A stretch of DNA of 64,000 nucleotides from an uncultured Actinomycetota bacterium (GTDB lineage: Bacteria > Actinomycetota > Actinomycetes > JAHEKZ01). The first letter of the stretch is position 1. Each line of letters begins with the position of its first letter. The position numbers were made by a program, and so were the translations under genes. Where the stretch lies: assembly GCA_963743915.1 (NCBI GenBank), contig CAVURN010000002.1, positions 128,001 through 192,000 of the forward strand, in the 5' to 3' direction. The notes below the pieces were generated by a model that saw nothing but the letters and a program-made list of their open reading frames with translations, was not told the origin of the DNA and did no database searches. This document shows positions 45,656 through 54,872 of this stretch, piece by piece.

Positions 45656-46342
45656 TCAGCTCCCCGGGGGGGCGAGCTTGACCCCGACCCCGCGCACCGT
45701 GTGCAGGTAGCGGGGGGCGGCCGCGGACTCACCCAGCTTGCGGCGCAGCCAGGAGAGATGGACGTCGACGGTCTTGTCGGCGCCCGACGGAGGCTGACGC
45801 CAGACCTCGGTGAGCAGCTCGCGCTTGCTGACCACCACCCCAGGACGCTCCATCAGGTACTGGAGGAGGTCGAACTCACGGGGCGTCAGGTCGAGCGGCT
45901 CCCCGTCGAGGGACGCCGTACGGGCACTGGCCGACACCGCCAGGCCCGCCACCTCGAGGACCTCGGGGGCAGCCGCACCGCCGCGGGTACGCCGCAGCAC
46001 GGCGCGGATCCGGGCATCCAGCTGGGCCGCGCTGAAGGGCTTGGCCAGGAAGTCGTCCGCCCCGGAGTTCAGGGCCCGCACCGCCGTCGGGTCGTCGTCC
46101 CGGGCGGTCGCGACGATGACGGGCACCTCACTGACGGCGCGGAGCATCCGGAGCGCCTCGGACCCGTCGAGGTCGGGGAGACCGAGGTCCAGCACCACCA
46201 GGTCGGGCTGCTCGTCCACCGCGGCGCGCAACCCGCTGAGCGCGTCGGGAGCCGAGCTCACGGCGTGACCGAGGTCGGCCAAGGCGCGCAGGAGGGCACT
46301 GCGGATCGAGGGGTCGTCCTCCACCACGAGCACCTGGGCCAC
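45656..46342 (-). CDS. OmpR-family response regulator
   Basis: VLVVEDD, LDLGLPDLDG, KPF, LTPREFDLL, TVRGVG. Confidence 0.93.
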   Translation of the reverse strand: MAQVLVVEDDPSIRSALLRALADLGHAVSSAPDALSGLRAAVDEQPDLVVLDLGLPDLDGSEALRMLRAVSEVPVIVATARDDDPTAVRALNSGADDFLAKPFSAAQLDARIRAVLRRTRGGAAAPEVLEVAGLAVSASARTASLDGEPLDLTPREFDLLQYLMERPGVVVSKRELLTEVWRQPPSGADKTVDVHLSWLRRKLGESAAAPRYLHTVRGVGVKLAPPGS

Positions 46343-46383
46343 ATGCGGAGGGTAACGGCCCAGTGGTCCCGGTCGGTGCACCG

Positions 46384-46953
46384 ATGAGGCACCCTGGGAG
46401 GGTGCGCGGTGGTCGAGGAGTCCCGACGGTGCTGTGGGTCGTCTTCGTCGCGGTGGCCGTCGTCAGCGGGTGGGTGGCCGTGCAGATGGTGGGTGCCGCG
46501 ATCGCCCCGGCCTCGGTGGCGGTCCTCAGCGCCGGTGAGGTCAGCTCGCGCCTGGCGACGAGCACCCCGGTCCCGCAGAGCTCGGCCACCCACCGGCCGT
46601 CCGACCGGCCGTCGGACAAGCCCAGCAACCCGGCGCCGAGTGGCACCGACCGTCCGGGGTCCAGTCCTGCTCCCTCCGGCTCCACGCAGGCTCCCAGCAG
46701 CACGGTCGTCCGCACGCTCGTCTCGCGCGGTGGCAGCGTCGTCGCCTCGTGCAGCGGCTCCACCGTCTATCTGCGATCGGCCAGTCCTGCCGTCGGCTAC
46801 GACTTCGACGAGTGGGACCGCGGCCCAGCCGCGGAGGCCGAGGTGCGCTTCAGCGGTGACTCGGGCGAGGTGAAGATGCAGGTCACCTGCCGCGCGGACG
46901 GGGTCCCGACGGCCAGGGTCGAGTCGGATGCCGAGTCAGGCGAGGACGGCTGA
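46384..46953 (+). CDS. Hypothetical membrane-anchored protein with Pro/Ser-rich linker and Cys-containing C-terminal domain
   Basis: N-terminal TM helix, PS-rich linker, GGSVVASC...SASPAVGY...QVTC; divergent from the response regulator. Confidence 0.65.
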   Translation: MRHPGRVRGGRGVPTVLWVVFVAVAVVSGWVAVQMVGAAIAPASVAVLSAGEVSSRLATSTPVPQSSATHRPSDRPSDKPSNPAPSGTDRPGSSPAPSGSTQAPSSTVVRTLVSRGGSVVASCSGSTVYLRSASPAVGYDFDEWDRGPAAEAEVRFSGDSGEVKMQVTCRADGVPTARVESDAESGEDG

Positions 46954-47964
46954 ACGGTCCGACGGCCACGGTCCGCGCCGCCGGGTGCTGAGGAGCACCT
47001 CGAGGGTCGCGATCCACACCAGGCAGGCGCCGAGCATGTGCAGTGACACCAAGGTGACCGGCACACCGGTGAAGTACTGGGTGTAGCCGATGAGCGCCTG
47101 GACGCCGCACGCCGCGAGCAGCGCCGCGCCGGCTCTCGCGGCCGCCGGCGGCGCATCGCTGAGCCGGGCTCCCAGCGTGAAGGCGACGGCGAGCCCGAGG
47201 AACAGCAGCACGACGTCGGCGTGCAGCCAGCTCATCATCCGTACGTCGAGGTCGAACCGGGCCAGGGCCTCGGCGTCGCCCGAGTGCGGCCCGGAGCCGG
47301 TGACCACGGTGCCGAGAACCAGGACGGCGACGCCCAGCACGAGCAGCGCCACGGCCACCCAGCGGAGCTCCCGCCGCACCACGACCGTCACGGGCCGGTC
47401 GTCGACGTCGGTGGCCCGTCGGTAGAGCAGGTAGGAGAGGGCGATCATCACCATCGACAGCAGGAAGTGGGCAGCGACGGTGGCAGGGTGCAGGTCGAGC
47501 AGCACGGTGATGCCGCCGAGCACCGCCTGCCCGAAGATCCCCACGATGACGCCGAGTGCGAGCCACACCAGGGGAGGACGGACGCGTCCCGGGGCTCCGA
47601 GCCGGGCCACGGTGGGAAAGCGACGCGCCAACCAGGGACGCAGGACCACCACCAACGCGGCGACCGCGGCCACCAGCACCGCGAAGGTCAGCAGTCGGTT
47701 GCCGAACTCGATGAAGCGGTGGAAGCCCTCCGACTGCGTCGCGACCGGCACGATGCTGCCGTCGGTGCACTCCGGCCAGGTGGGGCACCCGAGGCCTGAC
47801 CCGGTGAGGCGCACGAGGCCACCGGTGACGACGATGCCCACCTCGGCCACCACGCTCGCGAGCAGGATCCGACGTCCGACGAGGCCGACCGCACCCTGGG
47901 TGAGCGGGCTGCTCAGAGAGGGGAGGGAGGTTTCGCTCACTGCCTCAGGCGGATGCGCGGACAC
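46936..47964 (-). CDS. ctaA: COX15/CtaA family heme A synthase
   Basis: TGGLVRLTGSGLGCPTWPEC, IEFGNR, GSGPHSGD. Confidence 0.9.
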   Translation of the reverse strand: MSAHPPEAVSETSLPSLSSPLTQGAVGLVGRRILLASVVAEVGIVVTGGLVRLTGSGLGCPTWPECTDGSIVPVATQSEGFHRFIEFGNRLLTFAVLVAAVAALVVVLRPWLARRFPTVARLGAPGRVRPPLVWLALGVIVGIFGQAVLGGITVLLDLHPATVAAHFLLSMVMIALSYLLYRRATDVDDRPVTVVVRRELRWVAVALLVLGVAVLVLGTVVTGSGPHSGDAEALARFDLDVRMMSWLHADVVLLFLGLAVAFTLGARLSDAPPAAARAGAALLAACGVQALIGYTQYFTGVPVTLVSLHMLGACLVWIATLEVLLSTRRRGPWPSDRSAVLA

Positions 47965-47982
47965 CTCACGAGCGTAACGTCG

Positions 47983-48744
47983 TCAGGTGGAGAGCTCTCC
48001 CCGGACCACCGAGTCGCGGGAGTGCACCGGATCACCGTCGAACGGCTCGAGCGAGACGTCGACGACGCGGTACTGGGACAGGTCCAGGCCGTCGGGGACA
48101 GGGAACCGTCCCGACTCCGCGGTGAGTGCGCCAAGACCGACCATCGCGAAGGTGTCGGGGTCGATCAGCCACACCTCGTAGAAGCCCTCGCCGCCGCTCA
48201 GCCCGGACACGTCCACGACGAGCTCGGTGCCGTCGGCCGTCTCGACGATCTCGGCCGCCCCTTGTCCCTGGTGCTCGGGCAGGGCCGCCAGCTGCGTCTC
48301 CGCCACGAGGGACGGCGGGGGTGCTGCGACGGGGGCGGGTTCGGAGCTCACGAACGTGTCGGCCCCGACGGCCACCGCCGCGCCCACCAGAAGGCCGGCC
48401 ACCGATGCGGCCACGAGGAACGAGGTCGGCCAACGTCGGCTGCGCACCAAGGGCACCACGACTCCTGACGGCGCCTCGGAGGGTGGCGAGGCGTCATCGG
48501 CAGTCTCGGTGGTCGTGAGCCCGAGTTCGCGACTGATGCCGTCCCACACGTGAGAGGGAGGCGGCTGCGGAGCGTCGAGCCGGGTGGTCGACCGACCGGC
48601 CGCCAGCAGGCTGTGCCACTGCGCCAGCTCCGCCCGGCACTGCGGGCAGCCCTCGACATGCCGGGCCATGGCGCCGGGCAGGGGTTCGCCCGTCGCGTGC
48701 AGCGCCAGGAGGTCGTCGGGCGCGTGGAGGTCAGACTGCGACAC
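47983..48744 (-). CDS. Anti-sigma factor, RskA-like (N-terminal HxxxCxxC, TM helix, extracytoplasmic domain)
   Basis: HVEGCPQC ZAS motif, PPPSHVWDGI, YEVWLID, VDVSLEP...HS. Confidence 0.85.
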   Translation of the reverse strand: MSQSDLHAPDDLLALHATGEPLPGAMARHVEGCPQCRAELAQWHSLLAAGRSTTRLDAPQPPPSHVWDGISRELGLTTTETADDASPPSEAPSGVVVPLVRSRRWPTSFLVAASVAGLLVGAAVAVGADTFVSSEPAPVAAPPPSLVAETQLAALPEHQGQGAAEIVETADGTELVVDVSGLSGGEGFYEVWLIDPDTFAMVGLGALTAESGRFPVPDGLDLSQYRVVDVSLEPFDGDPVHSRDSVVRGELST

Positions 48745-49360
48745 CGTCGACCTCCAATCTGCTGCGCAGTCTCAGCAGACTGCGTCGGATGTGGCTCTTG
48801 ACCGTCCCCAGGGGCAGGGACAGCCGTTCGGCGATCTGCTGGTGGGTCAGGTCGTCGTAGAAGGCCAGCTCCATGATCTGGCGCTGGGGCTGGTCGAGAC
48901 GTGCGAGCTCATCGGCGATGAGCACGCGGTCTGCGACCCGCTCCACTGGCTCTTCGGTCGCAGGCTCGCTCTCGGATGCACGTCCGGCGGCGTCGACACG
49001 TCGCTGCTCGCGGGTGCGTGACTCCCAGTGGTCGGCGATCCGGCGTCGGGTGATCCCGAGCAGCCAGGCGGGCAGGGCGGCCTGCGCGGGGGAGTAGCGG
49101 TGCCGCCCGCGCCAGGCGGAGACGAAGACTGCCTGGGCGACGTCGTCCGCGTCGTGGCTGCTGCCGGTGGAGCGGAGCGCGACCGTGTGGATCAGGCCAC
49201 CCCAGCGTCGGTAGGCCTCCTCCAGTGCCCACTCGTGGCCGTCGGCGAACGCGCGGCCGACGTCGGCGTCGGTGACCGAGGCGTCGGCCGGCACAGGCGT
49301 GAGGTCCACGGGGAAGACGCTAGCGCGACCCGGGAGCAGCGTGAGGGTCGGTGACGTCAT
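48731..49360 (-). CDS. ECF RNA polymerase sigma factor, SigK-like; alternative start GTG 49309
   Basis: DADDVAQAVFVSAW, WLLGITRRR, LAFYDDLTHQQIAERLSLPLGTVKSHIRR. Confidence 0.9.
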   Translation of the reverse strand: MTSPTLTLLPGRASVFPVDLTPVPADASVTDADVGRAFADGHEWALEEAYRRWGGLIHTVALRSTGSSHDADDVAQAVFVSAWRGRHRYSPAQAALPAWLLGITRRRIADHWESRTREQRRVDAAGRASESEPATEEPVERVADRVLIADELARLDQPQRQIMELAFYDDLTHQQIAERLSLPLGTVKSHIRRSLLRLRSRLEVDGVAV

Positions 49361-50046
49361 CGCTCGGCCCCCGCGCTCTTCGAGTCGAGGGGCCGCGCCA
49401 CCACGACCACGTTCTCCTGGTAGCCACCCGCCTCCGGGAGGTACGGGACCACCGCAGGTGATGAGGACCAGACGGGGCTGGCCGGTCCGGCGGAAGAGCG
49501 CGTCCGGAAGTGCTCGCCTTGTCGATGCTGCGCAGGGCCACCACCTCGTAGCGCAGGGACCGAGTCCCCGCCCTGACCACGCACCGGGTCACCGGCCCGC
49601 AGCTCGTCGAGGTCGAAGAGGGCACCGGGGCCCTCGGCGTCGGTGTCACGGTGGCCGATGAGCACCGACGAGCCGGACGAGTCGCCGGGGCGGGACCCGA
49701 ACTGGTACCAGCCCACGAGGTCACCGTCGCGGGGGATCTCTGCGTCGCCACGGGGGGTCACCCCGGTCGCCACGACGGCGGCGTCGACGCCCAATGAGGG
49801 GACCAGGACCCGCTCCGGACGAGGCACGGGTGGCTGCGCACTGCTGCGCCCTGCGCCTCCCGTCGCGGTGTCCGACGGCCGGGGCACCTCCCGGGCCGCC
49901 TGATCATCGGTGGTGCGCGAGAAGCTGTCGACCGGGTCGGCGGGTGCCTCCTGCTGCGCCGCCAGTGACACCGACGCCCAGACGGCCGTCACCGCAGCGA
50001 CCGCCAGGACGGTCGCTGCGGTGACGGTGGATCGGGTCCGTGTCAT
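49357..50046 (-). CDS. Class F sortase; three compensating +1 insertions (about 49581, 49514, 49446) hide the catalytic motif
   Basis: VGWY..GSRPG, VLIGHRD; removing the three bases gives LRYEVV...LPDALFRRTGQPRLVLITCGGPY...YQENVVVVA. Confidence 0.85.
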   Translation of the reverse strand: MTRTRSTVTAATVLAVAAVTAVWASVSLAAQQEAPADPVDSFSRTTDDQAAREVPRPSDTATGGAGRSSAQPPVPRPERVLVPSLGVDAAVVATGVTPRGDAEIPRDGDLVGWYQFGSRPGDSSGSSVLIGHRDTDAEGPGALFDLDELRAGDPVRGQGGDSVPALRGGGPAQHRQGEHFRTRSSAGPASPVWSSSPAVVPYLPEAGGYQENVVVVARPLDSKSAGAER

Positions 50047-50060
50047 GCGGCTTGATCGCT

Positions 50061-50864
50061 CTAGCGGCGCGCAGCCACGAGGCGGACCGACGCTGCCGAG
50101 CCGATCAGCAGCGAGCCGACGAGAGCGGCGACGAGCCACCCGTTGGTCGAGCCGGAGGTGCTGGCCAGGCCAGCCTCACCGGCGTTGACGGCGCCCGGTG
50201 CCGAGTGCAGCCCGTCGATCGTCTGGACAGCGACCGCGAACGATCCGTCCTCGACCGAGCCCCAGGCGTAGGCAATGGTGTTGACGCCCTCGGCCAGGTC
50301 GACGTCCTCGCTCCAGACCGCCTTGCCGCCACCTGCGGGGACGATCCCGACGCGGTAGCTGTCGGCCGGGACGTCGGCGACAGCCTCGTCGCCGTTGACG
50401 AGTCCGGATGCCAGCACGTCGCCATTGGCCTCGATGTCGACCTCGGGGGCGGCGGCGGTGTGCCGGACGGTCACGCGGGCCTCGCCGGCGGCCACCGACG
50501 AGATGTCGTTCTCGAACGGGGTCACCGTGGGCTCACCCTTGGCGTCGAGGTGGGCGACGATCGTGTAGCTTCCCCCGGCTGCGACCGGAACGTCGGCCGG
50601 CCCGAGGAGCACGGTCTGCTTGTCGTCCTTGTCGGTGATCTCCACCGAGTAGGTGTCGGCGGGCAGCTCCAACGGCCCCGCCAGGTCGCCAGGCTTGAAG
50701 TTGTCCAGCGTGAGGTCGCCGTTCACGTAGACGTCGACCGTGAGGTCCGGGATGCCGTGCAGGACCGACACCGAGGCGTCGTCAGCGGCCTGCGCTGCTC
50801 CGGCTGGGAACAGGGCGAGCGGGACAGCGACGCCGATCAGTGCGGCGGCTCGTGAGAGGCGCAT
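50061..50864 (-). CDS. DUF4397-type secreted protein with C-terminal sorting signal
   Basis: Signal peptide, two repeats (VSVLHGIPDLTVDVYVNG and VTVRHTAAAPEVDI), C-terminal PGAVNAG + hydrophobic helix + RR. Confidence 0.85.
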   Translation of the reverse strand: MRLSRAAALIGVAVPLALFPAGAAQAADDASVSVLHGIPDLTVDVYVNGDLTLDNFKPGDLAGPLELPADTYSVEITDKDDKQTVLLGPADVPVAAGGSYTIVAHLDAKGEPTVTPFENDISSVAAGEARVTVRHTAAAPEVDIEANGDVLASGLVNGDEAVADVPADSYRVGIVPAGGGKAVWSEDVDLAEGVNTIAYAWGSVEDGSFAVAVQTIDGLHSAPGAVNAGEAGLASTSGSTNGWLVAALVGSLLIGSAASVRLVAARR

Positions 50865-50918
50865 GAAGGTACTCCCTCGTCAGGGCGGCGCCGGTGCGAC
50901 CGCCAGGTGTACCCGTGC

Positions 50919-50945
50919 TTCTGTCGCGGCTGCTCAGATGGATGC
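50919..50945 (-). promoter_or_regulatory. Putative SigK-type ECF promoter (GCATCC-N16-CAGAA)
   Basis: Resembles the mycobacterial SigK consensus (CATCC...CCGAA), upstream of the DUF4397-sortase-sigma operon. Confidence 0.4.
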
Positions 50946-50977
50946 ACAACGTGTGAACAACTTTGCTCGCGGCTCGG

Positions 50978-51754
50978 TCACTCCCAGCGGAACCAGCGGC
51001 TCACCGCCGCGGCCGCGACGACGCACCACACGACGAGCACGGCGACCAGGGACCAGACCAGCGTCCCGTCCGCGCAGGCCCGCCGGAGGGCCTCGGCGAG
51101 GGCCGCTGACGGCAGCAGCTGGACGAACGGCTGGACGCCCTCCGGGAGCTGATCGAGCGGGACCACGACGCCCGCACCCGCGAGCAGCAGGTAGGCCAGG
51201 TTGGCGACGGCCAGCGTCGCCTCGGCCCTGACGACGCCCGCGAGCAGGAGCGCGAGAGCGGCCAGGGCGGCGCTGCCGAGCAGCGTCAACGGCACCAGGA
51301 GCAGGAGTCCGACGGCCTCCGGCCGCCAGCCGAGAGCGCCGCCGATCGCGCCCAGCAGGAGGATCTGTGCGACCTCCACCACGAGCACCGCGACGGCTTT
51401 GCCCCCGAGGACGTCCGACCGGCTGAGCGGGGTGGTCCCCACCCGGCGGAGCACGCCGTAGCGACGCTCGAACCCGGTCTGGATGGCGAGGGCGGTGAAG
51501 GACGTGGAGAGGATGGCCAGCGCGACCATGCTGGGCACCACCACGTCGAGACGTTCGGTGCGGGTCCCGCCGCCGATGTCGATGACGTCGGTGAGGGTCA
51601 GCACCAGCAACAGGCCCACGGGCAGGACGACCGTCAGGAGCAGCTGCTCGCCGTTGCGCAGGAGCATGGTCAGCTCGAGCCGGCCGTGCGCGAGCACCCG
51701 CCGGCTGCGGGCGGCTGCGGCCGGGGCCGGCGTGAGGTCGAGGGTGTGCGTCAC
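50978..51754 (-). CDS. ABC-2 type transporter permease
   Basis: LLRNGEQLLL, FTALAIQTGFERRYGVL, RWFRWE. Confidence 0.88.
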   Translation of the reverse strand: MTHTLDLTPAPAAAARSRRVLAHGRLELTMLLRNGEQLLLTVVLPVGLLLVLTLTDVIDIGGGTRTERLDVVVPSMVALAILSTSFTALAIQTGFERRYGVLRRVGTTPLSRSDVLGGKAVAVLVVEVAQILLLGAIGGALGWRPEAVGLLLLVPLTLLGSAALAALALLLAGVVRAEATLAVANLAYLLLAGAGVVVPLDQLPEGVQPFVQLLPSAALAEALRRACADGTLVWSLVAVLVVWCVVAAAAVSRWFRWE

Positions 51755-52668
51755 GGGCGCAGCTCCTCACCGGTGAGGGCGAGGAACACGTCCTCGAGGC
51801 TCCGCCGCTCGGTGCTGATGCTGCTGGGGTCGGCACCGACGGTGGTGAACCACCGGGTCAGCAGCGGCAGGACGGCGGCGGCGGTGGGAGCGGTGACCAC
51901 GTAGCTGCCCGGTTCGGGCTCGACGACGGTCGCGTGGGTCGGCAGGGCTCGGCGCAGCGCCGTCAGGTCCAGTCCCGGCGTGGCGGTGAAACGCACGGCC
52001 TCGCCGGCCCGCTGGGCCACGAGCTCGTCGGGGCGCCCGGCGGCGATGCTGTGTCCCCGGTCGATGATCACCACGTGGTCGGCCAGCTGTTCGGCCTCGT
52101 CGAGGTAGTGCGTGGTGAGCACCACGGCGACGCCGGCGTTCCGCAGGCTGCGCACCAGGTCCCACACGGCGAGGCGGGACTGCGGGTCGAGGCCGGCGGT
52201 CGGCTCGTCCAGGAAGACCAGCTCGGGTCGTCCGACCAGGGCCAGGGCGACCCCGAGCCGCTGCCGCTGGCCGCCGGAGAGGCGTCGGGCGGGGGTGCCG
52301 GCCACGTCCTCGAGGCCCAGGACCGCGAGCAGGTCGCCGACCGGGTGGGGGTGGGCGTAGAGCGCGGAGGCGTGCCGCAGCGCCTCGCGCGTGGACACCG
52401 AGCCGTAGACCCCGCCCTCCTGGAGCATGACGCCGACCCTGGGTCGCAGATCCGGGTCGCGGGGAGCCAGTCCCAGGACCTCCACCGAGCCCGCGTCAGC
52501 CGTCCGCAGGCCCTCGCAGACCTCCAGCGTGGTGGTCTTTCCGGCGCCGTTGGGGCCCAGGACGGCGGTCACGGCACCGGCAGCGGCGGTGAGGTCGAGC
52601 GAGTCGACGACCGGCCGACCCCCGTAGCGCTTCACGAGGCCACGGAGGCGCAGGGCGGGGGTCGACAC
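51751..52668 (-). CDS. ABC transporter ATP-binding protein
   Basis: GPNGAGKTT, LSGGQRQR, FLDEPTAGLDP, SLEDVFL. Confidence 0.9.
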   Translation of the reverse strand: MSTPALRLRGLVKRYGGRPVVDSLDLTAAAGAVTAVLGPNGAGKTTTLEVCEGLRTADAGSVEVLGLAPRDPDLRPRVGVMLQEGGVYGSVSTREALRHASALYAHPHPVGDLLAVLGLEDVAGTPARRLSGGQRQRLGVALALVGRPELVFLDEPTAGLDPQSRLAVWDLVRSLRNAGVAVVLTTHYLDEAEQLADHVVIIDRGHSIAAGRPDELVAQRAGEAVRFTATPGLDLTALRRALPTHATVVEPEPGSYVVTAPTAAAVLPLLTRWFTTVGADPSSISTERRSLEDVFLALTGEELRP

Positions 52669-52712
52669 GCCTCCGAGGGTAGAGAGGGACCCTGAGGGTG
52701 CACTCCCGGGGC

Positions 52713-52740
52713 TTTTACGCAACAATGACGTTGTGAAAAT
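52713..52740. promoter_or_regulatory. Putative SufR operator overlapping the leaderless suf promoter
   Basis: AT-rich imperfect palindrome TTTTACGCAAC-AATGAC-GTTGTGAAAAT spanning the sufR GTG start. Confidence 0.55.
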
Positions 52741-53461
52741 CGCCGCAGTCCTGCCGGACGGATCTGCGACCGACCTCCAGCACGAGGGGGCCGGTCGCGA
52801 CCGGGTCGCCGCCTCGCTGCTCACCGAGGGGCCGGCCACCGCGTCCCAGCTCGCCGAGCGGCTCGGGATCAGCGCCACGGCCGTTCGCCGGCACCTCGAG
52901 TCGCTGGTCGCCGCCGGAGCCGTCGAGGCCTCCGAGCGTCCGCCCTACGGTCCCGCTCCGGCGCGAGGTCGCGGACGGCCCGCGCGCACCTTTGCGCTCA
53001 CCGCCGAGGGCCGCGCGCAGTTCCCTGCCGAGTACGACGCACTGGCGCTCGACGCCCTCGGGTTCGTCGCCGCTGTCGGGGGAGACGACGCCGTCCACGC
53101 ATTCGCCGAGCACCGCGCCGCCGAGCTCGAGACCAGGCTGGTGTCGATCCTCGGCGACGACTGGCGCACGACCACCCCTGAGCGCCAGGTGCAGGCCTTT
53201 GCCGCGGCCCTCTCCGAGCTCGGCTACGCGGCCAGCACGGACCCGGCCCCCGGCGGCGTCCAGGTCTGCCAGCACCACTGCCCCGTGGCGCACGTCGCCA
53301 CCCGGTACCCCCAGCTGTGCGAGGCCGAGACCGAGGCCTTCGCCCGGTTGCTCGGGCGTCACGTGCAGCGGCTCGCCACGATCGCCCACGGCGACGGCGT
53401 GTGCACCACCGTCATCCCGCTCACCCCCACCTCCCACCCGACGGAGAGGACTTCCGCATGA
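52733..53461 (+). CDS. sufR: Iron-sulfur cluster biosynthesis regulator SufR (Rv1460-like)
   Basis: wHTH AVRRHL, GRGRP, CQHHCPV...LCEAE...HGDGVCTT Cys ligands; heads the suf operon. Confidence 0.88.
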   Translation: MKIAAVLPDGSATDLQHEGAGRDRVAASLLTEGPATASQLAERLGISATAVRRHLESLVAAGAVEASERPPYGPAPARGRGRPARTFALTAEGRAQFPAEYDALALDALGFVAAVGGDDAVHAFAEHRAAELETRLVSILGDDWRTTTPERQVQAFAAALSELGYAASTDPAPGGVQVCQHHCPVAHVATRYPQLCEAETEAFARLLGRHVQRLATIAHGDGVCTTVIPLTPTSHPTERTSA

Positions 53462-54870
53462 GCACCACCGCACACCCCGATCTCGAGGGCCTCGGCACCT
53501 ACGAGTACGGCTGGCACGACGCGGACACGGCGGGCAGCTCGGCCCAGCGTGGGCTGTCCGAGGCGGTCGTCCGGGACATCTCCGCGAAGAAGGACGAGCC
53601 GGAGTGGATGCTGGAGATGCGCCTGAAGTCGCTCCGGCTGTTCGGCAAGAAGCCGATGCCGACGTGGGGATCGGACCTGTCGGGCATCGACTTCGACAAC
53701 ATCAAGTACTTCGTGCGCTCCACCGAGAAGCAGGCGACGTCGTGGGAAGAGCTGCCCGACGACATCAAGAACACGTACGACCGTCTCGGCATCCCCGAGG
53801 CCGAGAAGCAGCGGTTGGTCGCCGGAGTCGCCGCGCAGTACGAGTCCGAGGTCGTGTACCACCGGATCCGTGAGGACCTCGAGGAGCAGGGCGTGCTGTT
53901 CCTCGACACCGACACCGCGCTGCGCGAGCACCCGGAGATCTTCCGAGAGTACTTCGGCACGGTGATCCCGCCAGGCGACAACAAGTTCGCCGCGCTGAAC
54001 AGCGCCGTGTGGTCCGGTGGGTCCTTCATCTACGTCCCCAAGGGCGTGCAGGTCGAGATCCCGCTGCAGGCCTACTTCCGGATCAACACCGAGAACATGG
54101 GGCAGTTCGAGCGCACGCTGATCATCGTCGACGAGGGTGCGTACGTGCACTACGTCGAGGGGTGCACCGCCCCCATCTACTCCAGCGACTCGTTGCACTC
54201 TGCTGTCGTCGAGATCATCGTCAAGAAGGACGCGCGCTGCCGGTACACGACCATCCAGAACTGGTCGAACAACGTCTACAACCTCGTCACCAAGCGTGCG
54301 GTCGCCCACGAGGGCGCGACGATGGAGTGGGTCGACGGCAACATCGGTTCGAAGGTGACGATGAAGTACCCGGCCGTCTGGCTGGTCGGCGAGCACGCCA
54401 AGGGCGAGACGCTCTCGGTGGCCTTCGCCGGTGAGGGACAGCACCAGGACGCCGGCTCCAAGATGGTCCACGCCGCGCCGAACACCTCCTCGAGCGTGGT
54501 CTCGAAGTCGGTCGCGCGCGGTGGTGGGCGCACCTCGTACCGCGGGCTGGTCCAGATCAAGGAGGGGTGTCACGGAGCCAAGTCGACGGTGAAGTGCGAT
54601 GCGCTGCTGGTCGACGACATCAGTCGCTCCGACACCTACCCGTACGCCGACATCCGTGAGGATGACGTGTCGATGGGGCACGAGGCGACCGTCACCAAGC
54701 TCTCCGAGGACCAGCTCTTCTACCTGATGAGCCGGGGCATGACCGAGGACGAGGCGATGGCCATGATCGTGCGCGGGTTCGTCGAGCCCATCGCCCGTGA
54801 GCTGCCCATGGAGTACGCGCTCGAGCTCAACCGCCTGATCGAGCTGCAGATGGAAGGAGCGGTGGGCTGA
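53458..54870 (+). CDS. sufB: Fe-S cluster assembly protein SufB
   Basis: [32 protein letters not shown]. Confidence 0.96.
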   Translation: MSTTAHPDLEGLGTYEYGWHDADTAGSSAQRGLSEAVVRDISAKKDEPEWMLEMRLKSLRLFGKKPMPTWGSDLSGIDFDNIKYFVRSTEKQATSWEELPDDIKNTYDRLGIPEAEKQRLVAGVAAQYESEVVYHRIREDLEEQGVLFLDTDTALREHPEIFREYFGTVIPPGDNKFAALNSAVWSGGSFIYVPKGVQVEIPLQAYFRINTENMGQFERTLIIVDEGAYVHYVEGCTAPIYSSDSLHSAVVEIIVKKDARCRYTTIQNWSNNVYNLVTKRAVAHEGATMEWVDGNIGSKVTMKYPAVWLVGEHAKGETLSVAFAGEGQHQDAGSKMVHAAPNTSSSVVSKSVARGGGRTSYRGLVQIKEGCHGAKSTVKCDALLVDDISRSDTYPYADIREDDVSMGHEATVTKLSEDQLFYLMSRGMTEDEAMAMIVRGFVEPIARELPMEYALELNRLIELQMEGAVG

Positions 54871-54872
54871 CC

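Noticed and set aside
49357-50046. Catalytically dead sortase lacking the TC motif
   Set aside because: LITCGG is present in an alternate frame between compensating single-base insertions
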